DNA of 64,000 nucleotides, taken from positions 129,479 to 193,478 of the forward strand of contig CAZEUL010000005.1 in assembly GCA_964514725.1 (NCBI GenBank), written 5' to 3'. The notes below the pieces were generated by a model that did not search any database, was not told the DNA's origin, and saw only the letters and a list, made by a program, of their open reading frames with translations. The DNA is from an uncultured Rikenellaceae bacterium (GTDB lineage: Bacteria; Bacteroidota; Bacteroidia; Bacteroidales; VadinHA17). Positions 41,501 to 51,118 of the stretch are shown piece after piece (positions within the stretch are counted from its first letter, which is position 1; each line of letters opens with the position of its first letter). The position numbers were made by a program, and so were the translations under genes.

Positions 41501-42191
41501 TAAACTTGTTTTTGATAATTTCCATTATCCATACCATCTGGTCATTTACTGTCATCCTGCTATTATCCAGAGTTATTGCGTCTTCTGCACGGCGCAATGG
41601 ACTTATGTCCCTGTTTTCATCAGCTATATCCCTGGCTATAATATTTCTTTTCACTGTCTCAAAATCAACATCGATGTTTTTACTTCTGAGTTCATCGAAT
41701 CTCCTTTTTGCCCTTATATCAACTGAGGCAGTCATGAATATTTTAAGCTCGGCATCAGGAAATACGACTGTTCCTATATCTCTGCCATCCATTACAATTC
41801 CCTTGAATACCCCGATTTCCCTCTGAAGCTCAACCATCCTCGATCGAACCTCCTGAATCTGACTTATCCTGCTTACATAGGAAGATACCTCTACTCCCCT
41901 TATTTCAGTTTCAACATTTTCTGAATTAAGATATGTCTCATATTCACCCTGATCGGGATTATAAACAAATCCGATATGAATATTTTTCAGATCAGAAATA
42001 ATTAAACCGGTTTTAATCACATCTTCTCCAATGTATCCTTTTCTTAAACAATAAAGAGTTACAGCCCTGTACATGGCTCCGCTGTCGATATAGATATAAT
42101 TCAATTCCTTTGCTATAGCCTTTGCAAAAGTGCTTTTACCGCAGGATGAATATCCGTCAATGGCGATTATCAGTTTTTTCTCCACAATCAA
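41490..42191 (-). CDS. cmk: Cytidylate kinase
   Basis: It has the P-loop IAIDGYSSCGKST and the DSGAMYR and MDGRDIGT motifs. It overlaps ispH by 11 nt. Confidence 0.9.
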   Translation of the reverse strand: MIVEKKLIIAIDGYSSCGKSTFAKAIAKELNYIYIDSGAMYRAVTLYCLRKGYIGEDVIKTGLIISDLKNIHIGFVYNPDQGEYETYLNSENVETEIRGVEVSSYVSRISQIQEVRSRMVELQREIGVFKGIVMDGRDIGTVVFPDAELKIFMTASVDIRAKRRFDELRSKNIDVDFETVKRNIIARDIADENRDISPLRRAEDAITLDNSRMTVNDQMVWIMEIIKNKFNEG

Positions 42192-42217
42192 AGTCTGTCA
42201 GATACAAATATGGCAAA

Positions 42218-43336
42218 TTAAAACACAAAATCTGTACTATTTTTTTTCGGTACCCTTTTTAATAAATTGTTCGGTCTGATAATGAGTGAAATATTATTTG
42301 AGGTCCCTGCCAGATGATAAGAAGCACGACCAAATCCAACACTAAGAATGGACGTATTTATACCAAAACCCCATGAAAAACCTACTCCAGCCATCCTCGA
42401 TTCAGTCTGAAGCTCTTTTCTTCTCTGATAGTTGTAACCGGCACTCAGATAAAAATTCCTGTGGGGGATCAGCTCAGCTCCAATTATGAAATGCCTCATT
42501 AAATTTTCCATGAATTCGGAAGATGAAGCGTCCAATTCTGATTTTTCATTTGTTCCATATTCATGTGTGAGATCAAACTTCTCAAGATGGCGTATTGTAA
42601 ATGAGAATCTGAAAGGGGCATGTGTCAGTTTGGCAGAAATTCCTGCTTGTATTTCGAATGGTGCAAAATGCCGTTTCTCTCCTGCATACGTCGTTATCTG
42701 ACCTCCTATGTTCCTTAAAACAATCCCGGCGGAAAAGAGTTCATCCTCTGATCTCCATCCTGCTCCTATATCGGCTGCCATTCCAAAAGATGTGTACCTT
42801 TCAAGATGCGACAATACTGGTTTGATATTTATGCCAAGTGAAAACAATGAATCTATTCTTAAAGAATAAATCAGGGAAAAAGAATATTCTGATGCTCCGA
42901 ATGAACCGGTAATATTTCCTGAAATATCCGCCCCGGTGATTTTTCCATAATCGAGACAGGTAAGCCCGGCAGCAATACTACCTATTTTTGGTACGGACAT
43001 TGAATAAATGGCCATCCCATAATTTATCCCAGCAAAGTAGTTCACATAATTAAGAGAAATGCTTTTATCCATCGAAGAAGAAAGAAGTGATGGATTGTTC
43101 AGGGCTAAAGCCGGGTCTTTTACAGGAAGTGAAACATTCATCCCGCCAAGTGAAGTAATAAGGCCTGATTGTGAGATATTCAGAAACTCATAAGCCCTTC
43201 CACCTCCTGTTTGGGCAGAAACTTCTTCTATAAGAATGAAAATAAAAATTATGCTTAAAGTTCTGTTCACCTTAATCGTATCTGAGTGTAAATATAAAAG
43301 ATTTAACAGGCAAATAAATACAATGGAGTCCCTCAA
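42218..43336 (-). CDS. porQ: Type IX secretion system PorQ-like outer-membrane beta-barrel protein
   Basis: After the signal peptide, the pattern AQTGGGRAYEFLNISQSGLITSLGG...NNPSLL...ISLNYVNYFAGINYG follows the PorQ/PorP-family N-terminal signature. The rest has beta-barrel-like alternating sequence. Confidence 0.6.
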   Translation of the reverse strand: MRDSIVFICLLNLLYLHSDTIKVNRTLSIIFIFILIEEVSAQTGGGRAYEFLNISQSGLITSLGGMNVSLPVKDPALALNNPSLLSSSMDKSISLNYVNYFAGINYGMAIYSMSVPKIGSIAAGLTCLDYGKITGADISGNITGSFGASEYSFSLIYSLRIDSLFSLGINIKPVLSHLERYTSFGMAADIGAGWRSEDELFSAGIVLRNIGGQITTYAGEKRHFAPFEIQAGISAKLTHAPFRFSFTIRHLEKFDLTHEYGTNEKSELDASSSEFMENLMRHFIIGAELIPHRNFYLSAGYNYQRRKELQTESRMAGVGFSWGFGINTSILSVGFGRASYHLAGTSNNISLIIRPNNLLKRVPKKNSTDFVF

Positions 43337-43363
43337 AGATTCAGAGGTTGTAAATTATGTTCT

Positions 43364-44287
43364 TTAAGCAGTTTTTCCTGTAAGAATCAGAGCTTCATCG
43401 CTTTTCTTTTTCCGGCCGTTTGTCTGCGACATAATTAGACCGCTTATGACTATCAGCATACCTGCAATGTTCTGAAAGGTCAGGCTATCTCCAAGTATCA
43501 GAAAAGAAAAAACTGCAGTAAAAACAGGGATAAAATTTGTAAATACATTAGCCTTTGATATACCAATATTCCTTACCGAAAAAGCAAACAGAATAAATGC
43601 ACCACATGATGCAAATATTGCCAAAGCAACAATGGGTATAAATGCTTTGACCGAAAAAGGTGAACTTATCAGCGGATTTAATTCGAAAGCAATAAAAACA
43701 GGAAAAAAAAGAATTGTTCCAATGAAGTTCTGGACATTCACAATAAACACCGGACTATAATTTCCAACCAGCCTGCTCAGTGTGAGATTGTAACCTGTTG
43801 CAGAAACAACCGCAAGCATAAGCAGACTTATACCCTTAATGTTAAATAATAAAACCCCTTCTTTATTGACAATGAAGATAACAACTCCAATAAAGGAAAT
43901 TACGATGCCTGCATAATTCACAAATCTGAGTTTTTCTTTGAAAAACACCCATGCTCCAATAGCTGCAATGACAGGAATTGTTGAGATCAGAACCGATCCG
44001 ACAGTTGCTGAAACATAAGTTAATCCGTAACTTTCACCCAGGAAATAAAGAAAAGGTTCAAAAAGGGCAAGCATCAAAAATAGCTTTAAATCTTCTCTTC
44101 TTATCTTCATAAATTTCTTCTTAAAGTAAAGGTAGGTGCTAAGAAGTATTAATGAAAGAACAAGTCTGAAAAACACAATTGTTATTGGCCTGAAAGACTC
44201 ATTTGCCATTTTAAACCATATAAATGAAAATGCCCAGAATATCATTGCAAGCATTACTGCTCCATAAACCCTGAACCTGATGTTCAT
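43364..44287 (-). CDS. EamA/DMT family transporter
   Basis: It has ten hydrophobic helices in a two-fold 5+5 layout typical of EamA-domain permeases. Confidence 0.8.
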   Translation of the reverse strand: MNIRFRVYGAVMLAMIFWAFSFIWFKMANESFRPITIVFFRLVLSLILLSTYLYFKKKFMKIRREDLKLFLMLALFEPFLYFLGESYGLTYVSATVGSVLISTIPVIAAIGAWVFFKEKLRFVNYAGIVISFIGVVIFIVNKEGVLLFNIKGISLLMLAVVSATGYNLTLSRLVGNYSPVFIVNVQNFIGTILFFPVFIAFELNPLISSPFSVKAFIPIVALAIFASCGAFILFAFSVRNIGISKANVFTNFIPVFTAVFSFLILGDSLTFQNIAGMLIVISGLIMSQTNGRKKKSDEALILTGKTA

Positions 44288-44517
44288 TTTTGAATAATCG
44301 TGTTTATATGGGGTGCGAATTTAATCTTTATAATCGAAACTGTTTGAAAACCTGAGGAATTTCTAAATTGTTTTGTTTCTGATATTTTCGACTGTATTAA
44401 TCAAAGTTCCCGAACATGTCAGTTAACATTCATAGGAATAATAAGTTAACTCCAGTATCAGTTTCGAACAACCTGTAAATTAAGAAATCTCAGATTTGTT
44501 TGTGAATCTTAAATTAT

Positions 44518-44525
44518 TATATTTG
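44518..44525 (+). promoter_or_regulatory. Candidate Bacteroidota -7 promoter element (TAnnTTTG) for the etf operon
   Basis: TATATTTG is an exact match to the TAnnTTTG consensus and lies 60 nt upstream of the etfB ATG. TTTG repeats sit ~20 nt further upstream (44495-44502). Confidence 0.4.
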
Positions 44526-44584
44526 CCGCCTCTAAACTTTACAAAACCTAAGGGAATTACTATTATCTAAAAAAATCATTACAA

Positions 44585-45334
44585 ATGAAAATTCTGGTTT
44601 GCATAAGTAATGTGCCTGATACAACGACTAAAATAAAATTCACTGGAGACAATAAAAGCCTTGATACCACTGGCATTCAATGGGTGATCAATCCATGGGA
44701 TGAACTGTCTCTTACGCGGGCCCTGGAACTTAAAGATGATCTTACTACCGGAGTAAAATCAGTTACAGTCGGTCATGTAGGATTAATCGGTTCGGAACCA
44801 ACAATAAGGAAGGCGCTCGCAATAGGTGCCGATGATGCATTCAGGGTCAATGCAGAACCTGTTGATGCTTATTTTGTGGCGGGCCAGATTGCAGAGGTAG
44901 TAAAGAAGGAGCAGTTCGATATAATTATGTGCGGTATTGAATCGAGTGATTTCAATGGTTCTGTTGTCGGCGGGATGATCTCTGAATTTCTCGGCGTCCC
45001 CTCTATTTCTTCAGTTTCGGCAATAAAAATTGAAAACGGTAAACCTGTTATTACAAGGGAAATTGACGGAGGGAAAGAAACAGTTCTCACTGAGGTTCCC
45101 TTTGTTGCAGTTGTTCAGAAAGGTATTGCAAAAGAACCCAGAATTGCCGCAATGAGAGGAATTATGGCTGCAAGAACAAAGCCCATAAGGATCTACGAAC
45201 CTGCAGCTTTTGAAATGCTTACCGAAGTCACTGGTTTTGAAAAACCAAAACAGCGCGCCGCCTGCAAATTCGTTGATCCAGAAAATCCCGCTTCTCTTAT
45301 TGATCTTCTACAGAATGAAGCAAAAGTAATTTAA
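44585..45334 (+). CDS. etfB: Electron transfer flavoprotein beta subunit
   Basis: The N-terminus is MKILVCISNVPDTTTKIKF. The length is ~250 aa and the gene lies directly upstream of etfA. Confidence 0.9.
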   Translation: MKILVCISNVPDTTTKIKFTGDNKSLDTTGIQWVINPWDELSLTRALELKDDLTTGVKSVTVGHVGLIGSEPTIRKALAIGADDAFRVNAEPVDAYFVAGQIAEVVKKEQFDIIMCGIESSDFNGSVVGGMISEFLGVPSISSVSAIKIENGKPVITREIDGGKETVLTEVPFVAVVQKGIAKEPRIAAMRGIMAARTKPIRIYEPAAFEMLTEVTGFEKPKQRAACKFVDPENPASLIDLLQNEAKVI

Positions 45335-45361
45335 AGTCAGAAACGAAATTTTTAATTGAAT

Positions 45362-46330
45362 ATGTCAGTTTTAGTTTATACAGAAAATTGGGATGGTAAA
45401 TTCAAGAAACTTTCATTTGAACTTGTCTCCTATGCAGCTAAAGTTGCAGAAATGCTTAAAACTAATGTTACATCTGTAACAATAGGGAAAGCTGATGCTG
45501 AAGAATTAAAAAAACTTTCTGAGTATGGAGCTGACAAGATACTTAATGTCACGGATTCAACCCTATTATCCCTCGATAATCAGGTCTATGCAAAGTTAAT
45601 TTCAGAAATTGCGAAAAATGAGAATTCGGAAGTTATTATATTCTCAAATAACAATAGCGGAAAAGCTATTGCGCCGCGTGTTTCAGTCAGACTCAAAGCC
45701 GGTCTTGCCTCGGGAGTAAGCAAATTGCCAATAAGCATTGATCCGTTTGTTGTATATAAAAGGGCATTCTCGGGCAATGCTTTTGCGTATATGAAAATTA
45801 ATTCGGCAATAAAGATTATTACCCTTGCCCAGAATTCCTACGAATTGATAAGGAAACCGACAGGCGCTTCCCCGGAAATAATTGTAGCAGAGATTGACCT
45901 TTCAACTATAAAGACAAAGATTTCAGAGGTCCAGAAACAAACGGGGAAAATTCTTCTGACAGATGCCGAGATAGTGGTTTCAGGAGGAAGAGGAATGAAA
46001 TCGCCGGATAACTGGGGTCCAATTGTTGAACTTGCTTCTTTGCTGGGAGGTGCCACTGCCTGCTCAAGACCTGTTTCAGATGAAGGATGGAGACCTCATG
46101 AAGAACATACCGGCCAGACCGGTAAAATAATTTCACCTAATCTTTATATTGCAGTTGGCATTTCTGGCGCAACACAGCATCTTGCCGGAATTAGTTCTTC
46201 CAAATATATTGTTGCTATTAATACTGATAAGGATGCACCTATATTTGAAGCTGCCCAATATGGTATCGTCGGCGATGCCCTGAAAGTGCTTCCAAAACTG
46301 GTTGAAGCAGTCAAAGGTATTAAGAAATGA
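45362..46330 (+). CDS. etfA: Electron transfer flavoprotein alpha subunit
   Basis: The start is ATG 45362 (MSVLVY). The C-terminal FAD-binding region is present (VVSGGRGM...PNLYIAVGISGATQHLAG). Confidence 0.9.
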   Translation: MSVLVYTENWDGKFKKLSFELVSYAAKVAEMLKTNVTSVTIGKADAEELKKLSEYGADKILNVTDSTLLSLDNQVYAKLISEIAKNENSEVIIFSNNNSGKAIAPRVSVRLKAGLASGVSKLPISIDPFVVYKRAFSGNAFAYMKINSAIKIITLAQNSYELIRKPTGASPEIIVAEIDLSTIKTKISEVQKQTGKILLTDAEIVVSGGRGMKSPDNWGPIVELASLLGGATACSRPVSDEGWRPHEEHTGQTGKIISPNLYIAVGISGATQHLAGISSSKYIVAINTDKDAPIFEAAQYGIVGDALKVLPKLVEAVKGIKK

Positions 46331-46562
46331 ATGATTAATTTCTCATTTTCCTTTCTATTGATGAGAACAAAATTCACTTATTTGATTTCAAGGGTAAAAA
46401 GTTTTAATCATGAAAAACAATCATGAAAAAAGATCTCAGTGTCCTTAATGAAAATTCTTTACAACTTTTGCGGTTAAATGATATAATTCTTTTTTTACCT
46501 CAGTTTAAGCTTTATTTAAAGATTGACTTAACTTCTACTGCAAAACAGACAATATCATACAA

Positions 46563-48665
46563 ATGATCAGACAAACAATATTTGCCATTGCCCTTTTAAT
46601 AACCCTGGGACTCTTTTTTTACACAATAAGACGTCTTATCAGGTTCTTCGGTTTTACCAGGCCTGCTTTTACTGTAAAGGATTATGGGAAACGATTTAAT
46701 ATTATGATGAAAGTGGCTTTGGGCCAGACAAAGATTTTCCGGAAACCTGTATTGGGCTTTTTTCATGCTTTGGTATTCTGGGGCTTTTGCGTAATACTTT
46801 TCGGCAGTATTGAAATGGTTATTGATGGCCTGGCAGGCACAAATCGGGCATTGAAATTTCTGGGGCCGGTTTATGATTTTTTAATGGCAACAGGTGACAT
46901 ATTCGCATTACTGGTTGCAATATCCATAATTGTTTTTCTCATCCGCCGGCTTTTTTTTCATATAAAGAGATTTGAAGGACCTGAGATGAAAAAAAAATCA
47001 CATCTCGATGCTAATGTCGCTCTTACCCTTATTCTTCTGCTGATGATCTCCCTTCTCACAATGAATACAGGGTATCTGGGCTACAACTTTTCATCAGGCG
47101 GTGAGGTTTACGGATCATTTCCTGTAAGTATTCTGCTGATGGATCTTTTTGACGGGTTTTCAAGGGAAGATTTTAGTTTAATGCACGAGATTTCATGGTG
47201 GACCCACATACTTCTCATTTTCTTTTTTGCCAACTATCTGCCTTACTCCAAGCATTTTCATGTTTTCATGTCTGTTCCTAATGTTTTTTTGTCACGGCTT
47301 GAGCCTCTGGGCAAACTTACAAATATGGACAACATAACCAGGGAAGTGAAACTGATGTTGAATCCCGATACAACTTTTTCGGCTGTATCGTCTGATTCTC
47401 CAGCAGAAAGATTTGGAATAAAGGATGCTGAAGATGCGACCTGGAAAAATTATTTTGATTCATTATCATGCACTGAGTGTGGAAGATGTACATCTGTTTG
47501 TCCGGCCAACCTTACAGGTAAAAAATTATCGCCGCGAAAAATAATGATGGACCTTCGGGCAAGAATGAAAGAAAAAGGTCCGGGAATGATAGCAAAAGGA
47601 AAGGATTTTAATGATAATCGCTCTCTTCTACGCAGCTATATTTCCGAAGAAGAATTATGGGCATGTACAACCTGCAATGCCTGCTCAAAGGAGTGTCCCA
47701 TCAACATCAACCAGCCGTCCTTAATTGTGGATATGCGGCGCTATTTGGTACTTGAGGAGGCATCTGCACCGGGAGAGCTTAAAAGCATGTTCAGCTATAT
47801 TGAAAACAACGGGGCTCCTTGGCAGTATTCTCCTGAAGACAGACTTAACTGGACCAGAGATCTTAACTTCAAAATCCCAATACTTTCTGAAATGGCCTCC
47901 AGAGGGGAAAAACCAGAATATCTATTCTGGGTAGGATGTGCCGGTGCTTATGATGACAGATATAAGAAGGTAGTCAGATCCTTTGCAAGTATTTTGAATC
48001 ATATTGGAATAAACTATGCTGTCCTGGGAAATGAGGAAACATGTACAGGAGATCCGGCAAGAAGAGCCGGAAATGAACTTCTTTACCAGATGCAGGCTTT
48101 TCAGGTAATAGATATCTTTAACAGATATGGTGTTAGAAAAATCATAACCACCTGCCCACATTGCTTTAATATTTTCAAAAATGAATACCCTGATCTTGGA
48201 GGCAATTTTGAGATTATCAATTATTTACAATTTCTCGATAATAAACATAAAGAAGGGGTATTGGATTTCTCCGTAGAAGCTTTGAAAGACGTAAAGATTA
48301 CCTATCATGATCCCTGTTATCTTGGAAGGGCAAATGACATTTATTCAGAACCCCGGACTCTTTTAAAAGCTGTTTCCGGAAAATATACAGAAATGAAAAG
48401 GCATAAAAGCTTTGCATTATGCTGCGGTGCAGGGGGATCTCAGATGTTCAAAGAAGCTGAAAAAGGAACCAGGGAGATTTTTATTGAAAGAACTGAAGAA
48501 GCCCTGGCAACAGAAGCCAAAATAATTGTAACAGCATGCCCTTTCTGTATGACAATGCTTACCGACGGACTTAAATACAAAAACAAAGAGGAAGAAATTA
48601 AAAATCTCGACATTGCCGAATTAATAGCATTATCACTTGAGAACCGGGAAAAAACAATCTCATAA
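46563..48665 (+). CDS. Membrane-anchored (Fe-S)-binding oxidoreductase with two CCG domains (HdrD/DsrK/GlpC-like; EtfD-like)
   Basis: The N-terminus has ~6 TM helices. There are two ferredoxin-type clusters (CTECGRCTSVCP, CTTCNACSKECP) and CCG-type cysteine motifs (CPHCFN, CCGAGG, ACPFC). Confidence 0.75.
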   Translation: MIRQTIFAIALLITLGLFFYTIRRLIRFFGFTRPAFTVKDYGKRFNIMMKVALGQTKIFRKPVLGFFHALVFWGFCVILFGSIEMVIDGLAGTNRALKFLGPVYDFLMATGDIFALLVAISIIVFLIRRLFFHIKRFEGPEMKKKSHLDANVALTLILLLMISLLTMNTGYLGYNFSSGGEVYGSFPVSILLMDLFDGFSREDFSLMHEISWWTHILLIFFFANYLPYSKHFHVFMSVPNVFLSRLEPLGKLTNMDNITREVKLMLNPDTTFSAVSSDSPAERFGIKDAEDATWKNYFDSLSCTECGRCTSVCPANLTGKKLSPRKIMMDLRARMKEKGPGMIAKGKDFNDNRSLLRSYISEEELWACTTCNACSKECPININQPSLIVDMRRYLVLEEASAPGELKSMFSYIENNGAPWQYSPEDRLNWTRDLNFKIPILSEMASRGEKPEYLFWVGCAGAYDDRYKKVVRSFASILNHIGINYAVLGNEETCTGDPARRAGNELLYQMQAFQVIDIFNRYGVRKIITTCPHCFNIFKNEYPDLGGNFEIINYLQFLDNKHKEGVLDFSVEALKDVKITYHDPCYLGRANDIYSEPRTLLKAVSGKYTEMKRHKSFALCCGAGGSQMFKEAEKGTREIFIERTEEALATEAKIIVTACPFCMTMLTDGLKYKNKEEEIKNLDIAELIALSLENREKTIS

Positions 48666-48675
48666 AAAATTAACT

Positions 48676-50454
48676 ATGGAAATCAGAAAAATTTTGAAAA
48701 GCGGAGAATTTCTTATAAGGGAAGTTGACTGCAAAGATGTATTCATACCGGAAGAATTCAGCGAAGAACAAAATATGATTGCCCAGACATGTAAGGATTT
48801 TCTTGAATCAGAGGTATATCCGAATTTGCAGGCAGTTGAAAAAGGCGACAGGGCCCTTATGAAGAGCATGTTAAAAAAATCGGGTGAACTTGGGCTCATG
48901 GGTATTTCAATTCCGGAAGAGTACGGTGGATTTGGACAGTCATTTGTCACCCAGATGCTTGTCGCCGAGACCACAGGAGCCGGATATTCATTCTCCGTCG
49001 CATATATGGCCCATTGCGGGATCGGAACACTTCCTATCATGTATTACGGGAACGAGGATCAACGACAAAGATATGTTACAAAACTTGCAACAGGCGAACT
49101 TCTGGGAGCTTATTGTCTTACCGAACCCGGCGCAGGAAGCGATGCTAATTCCGGAAAAACCTCTGCTAAACTCTCTTTAGATGGAAAATACTATATAATC
49201 AATGGCCAGAAAATGTGGATAACCAATGCCGGATTTGCTGATACCCTTGTCGTCTTTGCAAAAATTGATAATGACCGGGTATTGAGCGCTTTTATCGTTG
49301 AAACAGGCTATCCTGGAGTTGTAATTGGTCCTGATGAACATAAAATGGGAATAAAAGGATCATCAACTGCCCAGATTTATTTTAACGATGTAAAGGTACC
49401 TGTAGAAAACCTGCTGGGTAAAAGAGGCGAAGGATTCAGAATTGCACTCAGCATCCTTCATATGGGACGACTTAAACTTGGGGCCAATGTACTGGGTGCA
49501 GCAAAAAAAGCAATTACTGATTCAGTTAAATACGCGAACGAAAGAAAACAGTTTGGAGTCTTAATTTCAACATTCGGAGCAATAAAATATAAACTTGCAC
49601 AACAGGTCATAAGGCTTTTTGCATCAGAGTCGGCAGTATACAGAGTAAGTAAGGATATTGATGATCTTATGGACAGACTCAAATCTGAATGCGGTGATAA
49701 AGGCAGAGCAACTATAGAAGCCATAAGCCATTATGCCGTCGAAGCTGCGCTTTTGAAAGTTATTGGCTCGGAAATGCTCGATTATGTCGCGGATGAGGCC
49801 GTTCAGATCCATGGCGGAATGGGATATTCTTCTGAAATGGATGTGGAAAGAGGTTATCGTGATTCACGTATCAACAGAATTTTTGAAGGTACAAACGAAA
49901 TAAACCGGCTTCTGGTCTCAGATACTGTAATGAAAAGAGCAATGAAAGGTGACTTTGACCTTTTCGGTGAAGCTGAGAAACTTTTCGGAATCCTTGACAA
50001 TATTGAAGATGCCGGAAATAAAAATGAGAGTTATTTCCAGGAAAAATACAGATATATTAAAAACTTCAAGAAAATCATTCTGCTCTGTATGCATGCAGCG
50101 GTTAAACAATTCGATAAGAATCTGGTCAATGAACAGGAGGTCATGAATAATATTGCTGAAATGATTATGGAAACCTATCTGTCAGAATCACTTGCATTAC
50201 GAATTGAAAAGATTGAAATGATTAAAGGTTTTGTAACTGAATACAGAGATATACTTGACGTTAACATATATGACACTTCTGAAATAATCAGAAAATCAGC
50301 CCTCGATGCTGTTTATTCCACAGACTTTGAAAATAATACCGAAAAAATGGTAAGAGCAATTGAAATGCTTTCAAAAATCCGAGGAGTTAATGTTAAAAAT
50401 GCCAGAAGACGTATTGCTGATAAACTTATTGCAGATAACCATTATAAATTCTGA
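48676..50454 (+). CDS. Acyl-CoA dehydrogenase, long (VLCAD/ACAD9-like) form with an extra C-terminal domain
   Basis: The likely start is ATG 48676 (MEIRKIL). Motifs GAYCLTEPGAGSDA and YRDSRINRIFEGTNEINR are present, followed by ~180 extra C-terminal residues. Confidence 0.85.
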   Translation: MEIRKILKSGEFLIREVDCKDVFIPEEFSEEQNMIAQTCKDFLESEVYPNLQAVEKGDRALMKSMLKKSGELGLMGISIPEEYGGFGQSFVTQMLVAETTGAGYSFSVAYMAHCGIGTLPIMYYGNEDQRQRYVTKLATGELLGAYCLTEPGAGSDANSGKTSAKLSLDGKYYIINGQKMWITNAGFADTLVVFAKIDNDRVLSAFIVETGYPGVVIGPDEHKMGIKGSSTAQIYFNDVKVPVENLLGKRGEGFRIALSILHMGRLKLGANVLGAAKKAITDSVKYANERKQFGVLISTFGAIKYKLAQQVIRLFASESAVYRVSKDIDDLMDRLKSECGDKGRATIEAISHYAVEAALLKVIGSEMLDYVADEAVQIHGGMGYSSEMDVERGYRDSRINRIFEGTNEINRLLVSDTVMKRAMKGDFDLFGEAEKLFGILDNIEDAGNKNESYFQEKYRYIKNFKKIILLCMHAAVKQFDKNLVNEQEVMNNIAEMIMETYLSESLALRIEKIEMIKGFVTEYRDILDVNIYDTSEIIRKSALDAVYSTDFENNTEKMVRAIEMLSKIRGVNVKNARRRIADKLIADNHYKF

Positions 50455-50587
50455 TATGTCATGCTGAGTTCTAATCTTCAGATCCTGATTTGATTCCAGC
50501 CTTTTCTGATAATGACTTGCAGCTTTCGATCTGCATGAAATAAAAAATTCAGATGCTGACTAATATTGACAAATATTATCCAAATAA

Positions 50588-50601
50588 ATGATATATGTCA
50601 A
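50588..50601. promoter_or_regulatory. Crp/Fnr-type box (imperfect) upstream of the cytochrome operon
   Basis: ATGATATATGTCAA matches TTGAT-N4-ATCAA at 8 of 10 specified positions and lies 109 nt upstream of ATG 50710. It is embedded in a ~51-nt module paralogous to 57452-57502. Confidence 0.5.
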
Positions 50602-50677
50602 TTTATTTTGTGATAAAGAACATCTAAGAATCTTTAAAATTGCATACAGCAGTCTTAAGATACTATTTTTTCTCAGA

Positions 50678-50685
50678 TATCTTTG
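50678..50685 (+). promoter_or_regulatory. Candidate -7 promoter element (TAnnTTTG) for the cytochrome operon
   Basis: TATCTTTG is an exact consensus match and lies 25 nt upstream of ATG 50710. Confidence 0.35.
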
Positions 50686-50709
50686 TGAAAAACTTAACAA
50701 CAGACGGAA

Positions 50710-51087
50710 ATGAAAATAATAGCTAACAAATCACACCTTTTCTTGGTGACAATGATTATGCTGTTTGCTGCATTAGTGTTAGGATCATGCGAGAAATATA
50801 CTTATCAGGTGGAAGTTGTTGATCCCGGAGTCCCTGTCCTTTTTCAGACTCAGATTCAACCTATTTTTAATAATAACTGTATTGCATGTCATAAAGGTAC
50901 AAGAAATCCTGATTTAAGAGATGGGAATTCATATACCTCACTTACTACCGGCGGCTATGTAAATCTTCCGGCAGAATCAAGCAAACTTTACAGGCAGGTT
51001 ATTTCAGCCAGCCATGCCCCGTTTACACTTGATTCGGAGAAGCAGTTGATCCTAATGTGGATAAGTCAGGGGGCCAAGAATAATTAA
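50710..51087 (+). CDS. Monohaem c-type cytochrome lipoprotein (PSCyt1-like haem domain)
   Basis: It has a lipobox (LVLGSC) and a single CXXCH in the context IQPIFNNNCIACHKG. Confidence 0.65.
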   Translation: MKIIANKSHLFLVTMIMLFAALVLGSCEKYTYQVEVVDPGVPVLFQTQIQPIFNNNCIACHKGTRNPDLRDGNSYTSLTTGGYVNLPAESSKLYRQVISASHAPFTLDSEKQLILMWISQGAKNN

Positions 51088-51118
51088 GTGATTTTGTAAC
51101 CTAATAAACCAGAATAAA

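Noticed and set aside
46406-46430. Direct repeat AATCATGAAAAA occurring twice with a 13-nt period, between etfA and the Fe-S oxidoreductase gene. It also encodes a 12-codon mini-ORF.
   Set aside because: There are only two copies of an A-rich 12-mer in AT-rich intergenic DNA, and no associated structure or conservation can be assessed. This is insufficient to call a regulatory element or leader peptide.
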